A stretch of DNA of 41,367 bases from positions 1 to 41,367 of the forward strand of contig JAENWE010000043.1 of NCBI GenBank assembly GCA_016650185.1. The letters run 5' to 3'. Each line of letters starts with the position of its first letter. Position 1 is the stretch's first letter. The notes beneath the pieces are model-generated. The model was not told where the DNA came from. It saw nothing but the letters and a program-made list of their open reading frames with translations, and searched no databases. Below are positions 35,010-41,367 of this stretch, piece after piece. Made by a program: the position numbers and the translations under genes. Origin of the DNA: Vicinamibacteria bacterium. GTDB lineage: Bacteria; Acidobacteriota; Vicinamibacteria; Fen-336; JAGNNV01.

Positions 35010-36721
35010 GCGGATCCATGACGTTCGTTGACGTGCTGCGCCGTCGCGCCGAAAGCCGGGAGGGTGAGAAAGGCTACACCTTCCTGGTCGATGGCGAGGG
35101 CCTCGAGGAACGACTCAACTACGCCGAACTGGCGGTTCGCGCCCGGCTGATTGGAGGAAGGCTGGCCGCCCGGATCCCGCGGGGCGTCCGGGCTGTGCTT
35201 GTTTTTGACCCCGGGCTCGCATACATCGCGACGCTTTTCGGCTGCTTGCAGGCCGGCATCGTGGCCGTTCCGGCATACCCGCCGAACCCCCTTCGGCCGG
35301 AAGCCGGCCTCGACCAGATCGAACGCGTGACCGCAAGTGCAAAGGCCAGGTTCATCCTGGGCTCCGGCGAACTCCTGGGCCGTCTGCACAATCTGCTCAG
35401 AGGCGCCCCCTGGGTGCAGGGCCTGGGGTGGATCGACGTCAGCGCCGCCGACGCCGATCAGGCGAACTGTCTCCCTGAGGTTTCGGAGGACGACATCGCC
35501 ATCATCCAGTACACCTCCGGTTCCACGTCCGAACCCAAGGGCGTGATGGTGACCCATCGCAACCTGATTCAGAACGCCGAGTTCATTCGTGCAGGCTTCG
35601 CACTCACCGAGAATGCCAGTGGCGTCTCCTGGCTGCCTCCCCATCACGACATGGGTCTGATGGGAGGGATCATCCAGCCTCTGTTCATGGGCATGAACAT
35701 GGTTCTCCTATCGCCCCAGCTTTTCGCGCGGCGTCCGGCCACCTTCCTCGAGGCCATTTCGCGATTTCAGTTGACGGGTGGGGGCGGCCCGAACTTCGCA
35801 TACGACATGCTGACCAGGAGGGTGGGCGAAGCGGCCAAGGCCCAGCTGGACCTCTCGTCCTGGAATCTGGCGTTTTGTGGAGCGGAGCCGGTGCGCGCGG
35901 CGACCCTCGACGCCTTCGCCGATGCCTTCGCGGGATGTGGCTTTCGCCGCGAGGCTTTTCTCCCGTGCTACGGCCTCGCCGAGGCGACTCTTCTGGTCAC
36001 CGCCTCTGAATTCACCAGGGAGCCGCGACGCCTGACTCTCGACGACGGCGCGCTCGAGAAGGGTTTTGTGGTGCCTGCCGACCCTTGCCTGCCGGGAACA
36101 CGCGCGTTCGTCAGTTGCGGCCGTGCGCCAGCCGGCATGCGAGTGACGATTGTCGATCCCGGGACCGGTCAGGTTCAACCGAAAGGCCGAACCGGCGAGA
36201 TCTGGGTCAAGGGCCCCAACGTCGCCGCGGGATACTGGGACGCCCCGCTCGCCACCGCGGCCAGCTTCAATGCACAACTCGACGACGGGCAGTCGGGATT
36301 CCTTCGTACCGGCGACCTCGGTTTCATCGATCAGGGCGAGTTGTTCATCACCGGAAGGTTCAAAGACCTGATCATCATTCGGGGCCGCAATCTGCACCCC
36401 CAGGACATCGAGTCGACCGTCGAAAACGCTCACTCCGCGGTGCGGCCGGGCCGATCAGCCGCGTTCTCCGTGGAGGTCGAGGGCGACGAGCGGCTGGTCG
36501 TGGTCTTCGAAGTCGGCCGCCGGGCCCTCCTCGATCCCGCACCCGTCCGGGAAGCGGTCCGACGGGCGGTCGCCGGAGCGCACAGCATCGTTCCCCACGA
36601 GATCGTCCTTCTAGAGCCCGCAAGGCTCCCCCGCACATCGAGCGGCAAACCGCGAAGGGTCCTCACTCGGCAGCGGTTCCTGGCGGGGCGGCTCGGTCTC
36701 GACGTGGAGACCCCCGAATGA
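35006..36721 (+). CDS. Fatty acyl-AMP ligase (FAAL, FadD32-like adenylating enzyme)
   Basis: The N-terminus is TFVDVLRRRAESREGEKGYTFL...LNYAELAVRA. The adenylation motifs are IIQYTSGSTSEPKGVMVTHRNL, WLPPHHDMGLMGG, TGDLGFI and SSGKPRR. The ATG overlaps the Stealth TGA (ATGA at 35006-35009). Confidence 0.88.
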   Translation: MSGSMTFVDVLRRRAESREGEKGYTFLVDGEGLEERLNYAELAVRARLIGGRLAARIPRGVRAVLVFDPGLAYIATLFGCLQAGIVAVPAYPPNPLRPEAGLDQIERVTASAKARFILGSGELLGRLHNLLRGAPWVQGLGWIDVSAADADQANCLPEVSEDDIAIIQYTSGSTSEPKGVMVTHRNLIQNAEFIRAGFALTENASGVSWLPPHHDMGLMGGIIQPLFMGMNMVLLSPQLFARRPATFLEAISRFQLTGGGGPNFAYDMLTRRVGEAAKAQLDLSSWNLAFCGAEPVRAATLDAFADAFAGCGFRREAFLPCYGLAEATLLVTASEFTREPRRLTLDDGALEKGFVVPADPCLPGTRAFVSCGRAPAGMRVTIVDPGTGQVQPKGRTGEIWVKGPNVAAGYWDAPLATAASFNAQLDDGQSGFLRTGDLGFIDQGELFITGRFKDLIIIRGRNLHPQDIESTVENAHSAVRPGRSAAFSVEVEGDERLVVVFEVGRRALLDPAPVREAVRRAVAGAHSIVPHEIVLLEPARLPRTSSGKPRRVLTRQRFLAGRLGLDVETPE

Positions 36722-37362
36722 TCGACAGTCTCTACCGGTCGAAACAGGATGCGTTCTGGGACCGGTTGGGAGGCGTTCTTGCCCGGCGCGGCGTGTCGCC
36801 GGATGCCGTGACCAAAGGCGCGTTTCTTCTGAGCACGCTCAACTCTTTCGCCTTCCTCGTTCACCGCAACTTCCTCGCCTACGGTCTGCTGCTCGCGATG
36901 ACGGAACTTCTGGACAACTTGGACGGGGCCGTCGCCCGCGTGAGCGGGCGGAAGACGAGGTATGGCGCGTTTCTCGATGCGGCCACGGATCGCTACAAGG
37001 AGTCGCTGAGTCTGTTCGTCGTGGCCTGGGTGACGGGCTACTGGGTCGCGTGTTTCGCGGCGGTGACGGGCTCCCTGCTCACGAGCTACAACCGCGCGCG
37101 CGCCGCCGTCGAAGGCGCACAGGCCGCCGCCACGGGTCTTGATCTCTTTGAGCGCTTCGAACGTGTGGCGACACTCGTGCTGGGTCTCGTTCTTTCTCCG
37201 CTCTTGCCGCCCTCGCTGTTCCTCGGTCGCGACGCCCTCTGGGGCGCGTTGGTGTTGATCGGGATCTTGTCTCACCTAACGTCGGTTCAGCGCGTGTGGC
37301 GTGCCCGCCGGGTCCTGCGTGAACTTGACCGCGGGTCGTCCTCTCCCTTCCCCCGGGCCTGA
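36718..37362 (+). CDS. CDP-alcohol phosphatidyltransferase family protein
   Basis: The motif D-x2-D-G-x2-A-R-x8-G-x3-D-x3-D is read as DNLDGAVARVSGRKTRYGAFLDAATDRYKE. The protein is a multi-pass membrane protein of about 214 aa. The ATG overlaps the FAAL TGA (ATGA at 36718-36721). The track ORF from 36085 is an in-frame artefact over the FAAL 3' end. Confidence 0.85.
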   Translation: MIDSLYRSKQDAFWDRLGGVLARRGVSPDAVTKGAFLLSTLNSFAFLVHRNFLAYGLLLAMTELLDNLDGAVARVSGRKTRYGAFLDAATDRYKESLSLFVVAWVTGYWVACFAAVTGSLLTSYNRARAAVEGAQAAATGLDLFERFERVATLVLGLVLSPLLPPSLFLGRDALWGALVLIGILSHLTSVQRVWRARRVLRELDRGSSSPFPRA

Positions 37363-38523
37363 ATGGTTTCGCCCGAACTCTTCGATCTGAAATCGCCGGC
37401 GCGACGAAGGGTGGCGCTTCTGGTGTGTCGTCTCTATGCGGTGTTGCCCTGCGTCATCACGCCCCTCGTGACGGGCTTCTTGTGCGCGATCGAGAACGGC
37501 GTCTTCGCGGCCGCGGGCCTGGTCATCGTTTCCTCCGCTTTGATGGCCGTCCGGTTCCCTGACTTCCGAGAGAAGTCAGGCGCCATGGCGCTGAACGCCC
37601 TTTTCTACTTCACTCTGATCGCCCTGCCTCCGCTCGTTTTGCCTTTCGCCGGTCCTGCGGGCTTCCTTGCCGGAGCGATCTTCGGATCGGTGCTGTCACT
37701 GGCCGTGATCGGCTGGATCCCTCGCGTGCCCCGCGTGGGGTCGATGCTTCAGCCGGAGCTTTTTCCCGATGTGCTCACAGGACTGATCCTGAGCCTGCTC
37801 TTTTACATACCCGTTTTCCTTCTCAAGCGCCCGCGACTCGCCCCGCTCGAACCGGCCCCGCCTTTCGACGTGGCGGTGATCCTCTGCGCCTACCAGGAGG
37901 AGGCCACGATTGACGAATCACTCGCGAGTATCCGGGTTGCGGTCGACTGCCTGCGGGGATCGCCGCTCGTGAAACGAGTCCGCGTCATCCTCGTGGACTC
38001 GAGTCCCGTCGAAGCGACGCGCCGGCGCGTCGCTTCCCAGGTCGACCGCGTGATCGACGGAGACTCGGGGAAGCTGAGTGCCCGCCATCAGGCGATGCGC
38101 CTCGAAAATGCGGACATTTTCGTGGCCGCGGACGCCGATCGCCGCTATGACCCCGAATGGCTGGTGACCCTGCTGGCGCCCTTCGCCGACCCGAGGGTGG
38201 TGGCGACCATGGGAGAGACGCGAAACGCGGGTGCGGGCATGAGTGCTAGCGCCTTGTGTCGCGCCACGCTGAAGCTCCCGTACAACGGCGGCAACTCCGC
38301 CTTCTTTCGTTCCGCCTACTTCGCGGCGCCCTTCGCCACCACCATCGATCAGGGTCGGCACAAGGAACTCTGGGTCGAGGAGGAGTTTCTGTTCGGCTTG
38401 ACTCTGCAGGCGCAGGGACGCATAGCCCATGTGATGGAATGCCGCTCCTACGAACTGCGCCCCTACCCGCTTTTCGCCCAGCTCTCGCGTCATCTCTTCG
38501 GCGTGCGGCTTCGGACTTTCTGA
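37363..38523 (+). CDS. Membrane-anchored GT2-family glycosyltransferase
   Basis: Four or five N-terminal hydrophobic helices are followed by a GT-A domain with FDVAVILCAYQEEATIDESL and VAADADRRYDPEWL (DxD). The ATG directly follows the upstream TGA (TGAATG). Confidence 0.75.
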   Translation: MVSPELFDLKSPARRRVALLVCRLYAVLPCVITPLVTGFLCAIENGVFAAAGLVIVSSALMAVRFPDFREKSGAMALNALFYFTLIALPPLVLPFAGPAGFLAGAIFGSVLSLAVIGWIPRVPRVGSMLQPELFPDVLTGLILSLLFYIPVFLLKRPRLAPLEPAPPFDVAVILCAYQEEATIDESLASIRVAVDCLRGSPLVKRVRVILVDSSPVEATRRRVASQVDRVIDGDSGKLSARHQAMRLENADIFVAADADRRYDPEWLVTLLAPFADPRVVATMGETRNAGAGMSASALCRATLKLPYNGGNSAFFRSAYFAAPFATTIDQGRHKELWVEEEFLFGLTLQAQGRIAHVMECRSYELRPYPLFAQLSRHLFGVRLRTF

Positions 38524-38824
38524 AATCACGCCCTTTGTACGCACTCCGTGATGTCAAGAACCGCGAGGTGGTCGGGCGGCGGAGTGCGGGGCGGCGCGCG
38601 CGGTCCGGCACGTCGGTCACCTCGCCCGCCGCAGCTGCCGCCTGCCCGGCCTGCGCGTGGTTTTAGGTACGATGAGGAGACCTCCGCTTCACGGAGCGAT
38701 TCCGACTGATACCGCGAAGCACCGACCGAACGGCGGGCATGGGTACGCTTTCGCAGCCACTATCAACTTGAAGCGGTGAGTCGTCTCTCGTTAGCCTCCA
38801 CCCCGTTCGCAAGCTCAGCCAAAT

Positions 38825-39802
38825 ATGAAATCTGAAAGAATTCTCGTCGCCGGTGCGGGTGGGTTTATCGGAGGGCACCTCGTTGCCGACCTTCTCAGTC
38901 AGGGATACAAGGACATCCGCGCCGTGGATCGCAAGCCGATGCGTGATTGGTACCAAAAGTTCCCGCAGGTGGAGAGTTCGCGGCTCGATCTCCAGGAACA
39001 AGATGCCTGCGAGCAGGCGGTCAAAGGCGCGAAGGTCGTCTATAACCTCGCCGCCGACATGGGCGGGATGGGCTTCATCGAGCTGAACAAGGGGCTGTGC
39101 ATGCTGAGCGTGCTGATCAACACCCACCTTCTCCTCTCCGCGAAGAAGAACAACGTGCGGCGCTTTTTCTTCGCCTCCTCCGCCTGCGTTTACAACGTGG
39201 ACAAACAACGCGATCCGAACGTAACCGCGCTCAAGGAGGCGGACGCCTACCCGGCGATGCCCGAAGACGGCTACGGTTGGGAGAAACTTTTCAGCGAGCG
39301 GATGTGTCGGCATTTCCGCGAGGACTTTGGCATCCAGACGCGCGTCGCCCGTTACCACAACGTCTATGGCCCCAACGGGACCTATGAAGGAGGGCGTGAA
39401 AAAGCCCCTGCCGCGATCTGCCGCAAGGTCATCCAGGCGAAGCTTTCACAGAAGCACTCGATCGAAATCTGGGGCGACGGCAAGCAGACCCGGAGCTTCA
39501 TGTACATCGACGACTGCCTCAAAGGCACGCACATGCTCATGCGCAGCGGTGTGATCGAACCGCTCAACATCGGCAGCAGCGAGCTTGTCTCGATCAACCA
39601 GCTCGTGGACATAGTCGAGGACATTGCCGGCATCAAGCTGAAGCGGAAGTACAACCTTAGCGCCCCGAAAGGCGTGAATGGGCGTAACAGCGACAACACT
39701 CTCATCAAAGCCCGCCTCGGCTGGGAGCCAGACACCCCTCTGCGCGACGGGATGGAGAAGACCTACCGCTGGATTTACGATCAGATGACGCGCAAGAAGT
39801 AG
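38825..39802 (+). CDS. GDP-mannose 3,5-epimerase (GME-type extended SDR)
   Basis: From memory this is close to plant and bacterial GME throughout: GAGGFIGGHL, NLAADMGGMGFI, RFFFASSACVY, YGWEKL, RYHNVYGPNGTYEGGREKAPAAICRKV, WGDGKQTRSFMYIDDC and GVNGRNSDNTLIKARLGWEP. Confidence 0.85.
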   Translation: MKSERILVAGAGGFIGGHLVADLLSQGYKDIRAVDRKPMRDWYQKFPQVESSRLDLQEQDACEQAVKGAKVVYNLAADMGGMGFIELNKGLCMLSVLINTHLLLSAKKNNVRRFFFASSACVYNVDKQRDPNVTALKEADAYPAMPEDGYGWEKLFSERMCRHFREDFGIQTRVARYHNVYGPNGTYEGGREKAPAAICRKVIQAKLSQKHSIEIWGDGKQTRSFMYIDDCLKGTHMLMRSGVIEPLNIGSSELVSINQLVDIVEDIAGIKLKRKYNLSAPKGVNGRNSDNTLIKARLGWEPDTPLRDGMEKTYRWIYDQMTRKK

Positions 39803-39834
39803 CAGCAGCCGCTTGGCGTCAGAAGAAACTCAAG

Positions 39835-39865
39835 CCCCGCAAGCGACGAGCGGGCGTCTTGTTCG
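39835..39865 (+). terminator. Weak candidate intrinsic terminator after the GME gene
   Basis: A CCCGC / GCGGG 5-bp stem (39836-39840 and 39850-54) with a 9-nt loop is followed by the T-containing tail GTCTTGTTCG. The stem is short, so confidence is low. Confidence 0.2.
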
Positions 39866-40409
39866 TGCAGCGTCCCGGCGCGGAAGTCGGTTTCCCGCAT
39901 TTCCGGACCGTACTACACAACTGCTCGACGCAGCCATCGCCACCTCGAGGAGCTCAAGGATACGACGCGTCGCTGCGGGCCCACCGTTCCCGATCGCGTG
40001 CCGTCGTCCGGGCGATCCACGCCGAGTTCCGACTCCCCCGCCATGCCCAGAAGGAACTCCTCGCCTTCCTCGACTGCGGGCTCCTCTGTCGCGGCTTTGC
40101 CCCGACTGAAATGCCGATGCCCAAGCCGGCGGCAAGCACTGCGGCGCCGGTCACGTAGGCAAGCGCCGGATGCGCCGGAATCCACGGAATCACCTGAATC
40201 ACGAGCGCGTGAAACTAGGCGGGGAAAGGCTGTGCTGCCATGTCGGCACAAACCAGATGCTCGCCGCCCTTGGCTGCTGTCCATTCCGGCGCGCGAGGCG
40301 AAACGCGCCGGTGAGAAAGGCGAGCGGCCCGCGGCGCCGACGGAAGAATCATGAAGCGACAGATGGAAAAGCGCATCGCTGTCTATTGAATCGGATCAAG
40401 CCCAGGTCG

Positions 40410-40670
40410 TCAGCCCGGAGTCTTGTCGGGGCCCGCGCGCAATTCGCGCCAGCCCGCTTCGTGAATCTGCACGCCGTATTGCTTGGCGGCAGCCTTTATC
40501 CGCCGCCACGCGTCGTCGCGCTCGGCGTCGCTTACGCCTTGCACCTGGTCGAAGCGCGCAATGGCGTTGCGAACATGGCTCGCATTCTCGATCGGCTCCT
40601 TGCGCTGCGCGGGAAACGCAAACTTCGTGTCCGGAATAGCGGCTCGTGCCTTCGTGGTCAGCTTGGACAT
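40410..40670 (-). CDS. Small conserved hypothetical protein (resembles the DUF6582 family)
   Basis: The 86-aa ORF contains FAFPAQRKEPIENASHVRNAIARFDQVQGVSDAERDDAWRRIKAAAKQYGV, a pattern I recall from a small proteobacterial family. The family name is not verifiable here. Confidence 0.55.
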   Translation of the reverse strand: MSKLTTKARAAIPDTKFAFPAQRKEPIENASHVRNAIARFDQVQGVSDAERDDAWRRIKAAAKQYGVQIHEAGWRELRAGPDKTPG

Positions 40671-40719
40671 TTTTTCTCCTCGTAGAGTGCAGGCCGGCCT
40701 GCATCGTTAGGCGTCGGTC

Positions 40720-41367
40720 TCACCTTGGCGCAAAATCGAGCACCACCCGAGACGGCACCTCGCCCTTGGCCAGCCGCTCGAAGACGGTGTTAATGGCCGA
40801 CAGCGGCTGTAGCTCGATATCGGCTTTGACCTTGCCCGCGGCCGCGAAGGCCAGCGCCTCAGCCATGTCGTGCCGATTGCCGACAAAGGAGCCGCGGATG
40901 GTGATGCAGTTGGCCACCACGTCAAACAGCGGCGTCGGAAAGTCGCCCGGCGGAATGCCCACCAGTACGCAGGTGCCGTGTTTGCGCGTCATGCCGACGC
41001 CTTGCTTGAAGGCCGGCAATGACGGCGCCGTGATGACAACACCGTGGGCGCCCCCGCCCGTGACCTTCACCACGACGGCCACCGGATCACCGTTCCTGGC
41101 GTTGACCACCGCATCGGCGCCCAGGCGCTTGGCGTGTTCAAGCTTGCGGTCGTCGATGTCCACCGCGCACACATGCAGGCCCATCGCCTTGGCGTATTGC
41201 ACACCCAGATGCCCCAGCCCGCCGATGCCCGAGATCACAATCCATTCGCCCGGCCGGGCCTGGGTCTGCTTGATGCCCTTGTACGACGTAATGCCGGCGC
41301 AGATCAGCGGCGCTGCGTTCTTGGCCACCAGGTGCGCAGGGATGTGCGCGACGTAGTTCGGGTCGGC
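40720..41367 (-). CDS. adhP: Zinc-type alcohol dehydrogenase, AdhP-like (C-terminal ~215 aa; the 5' end lies beyond the window)
   Basis: The frame stays open to the window edge (ADPNYVAHIPAHLVAKNAAPLICAGITSYKG...). The Rossmann motif is VISGIGGLGHLGVQYAK and the C-terminus is INTVFERLAKGEVPSRVVLDF, as in propanol-preferring ADHs. Confidence 0.85.
   Translation of the reverse strand, partial: ADPNYVAHIPAHLVAKNAAPLICAGITSYKGIKQTQARPGEWIVISGIGGLGHLGVQYAKAMGLHVCAVDIDDRKLEHAKRLGADAVVNARNGDPVAVVVKVTGGGAHGVVITAPSLPAFKQGVGMTRKHGTCVLVGIPPGDFPTPLFDVVANCITIRGSFVGNRHDMAEALAFAAAGKVKADIELQPLSAINTVFERLAKGEVPSRVVLDFAPR

Noticed and set aside
36085-36717. The 5' two-thirds of the 425-aa track ORF 36085-37362.
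   Set aside because: This part is an alternative frame over the FAAL 3' end, with an Arg/Pro/Gly-rich translation. The CDP-alcohol transferase domain starts at the ATG at 36718, which overlaps the FAAL stop.
1-41367. I searched for CRISPR arrays, IS elements or transposases, integrases, rRNA or tRNA genes, toxin-antitoxin pairs and known defence-system genes.
   Set aside because: Reading the ORF translations and intergenic regions turned up none of these. The accessory character of the 9.8-39.8 kb region rests on gene content and flanking decay, not on mobility genes.

Overview
GC-rich (about two-thirds G+C by eye, not computed) bacterial chromosomal segment, probably from a diderm organism (TolC-like, MsbA-like and DevBCA-type genes). 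I recognised no rRNA, tRNA, CRISPR array, transposase or integrase. Many long ORFs in the track are antisense shadow frames of the kind expected in GC-rich DNA. I kept only frames with recognisable domain motifs and trimmed several N-terminal extensions to starts that fit the neighbouring stop codons. Left ~9 kb holds housekeeping-like genes: USP, ABC-F/Uup-like, GIY-YIG, zinc-ribbon/M50B-like membrane protease, kynureninase, VOC-bicupin, DUF885, a truncated ygiD-like remnant and a Tat-signal beta-carbonic-anhydrase-like protein. From ~9.76 to ~39.8 kb lies a ~30-kb multi-operon accessory locus with four parts. (1) A ceramide-type lipid core set: fatty acyl-AMP ligase, carrier-domain-fused alpha-oxoamine synthase, extended-SDR reductase, Eis-like GNAT, ACP and KAS II. 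(2) CDP/phospho-activation enzymes: CdsA paralog, FGGY kinase, CDP-alcohol phosphatidyltransferase, LicC-like/PLP fusion, LicD and Stealth. (3) Glycan tailoring: GT2, GT32-type and GT23-type transferases, two FkbM methyltransferases and GDP-mannose 3,5-epimerase. (4) Two exporters: an MsbA-like ABC protein, and DevB-DevC-DevC-DevA with a cyclic-nucleotide-binding domain on the ATPase plus a divergent TolC-like gene. My main hypothesis is that this locus makes and exports a sphingolipid-like phosphoglycolipid. This is inference from gene content, not a demonstrated function. The right ~1.5 kb holds a decayed non-coding stretch, a small DUF6582-like gene and the 3' part of an AdhP-like alcohol dehydrogenase that runs off the window.
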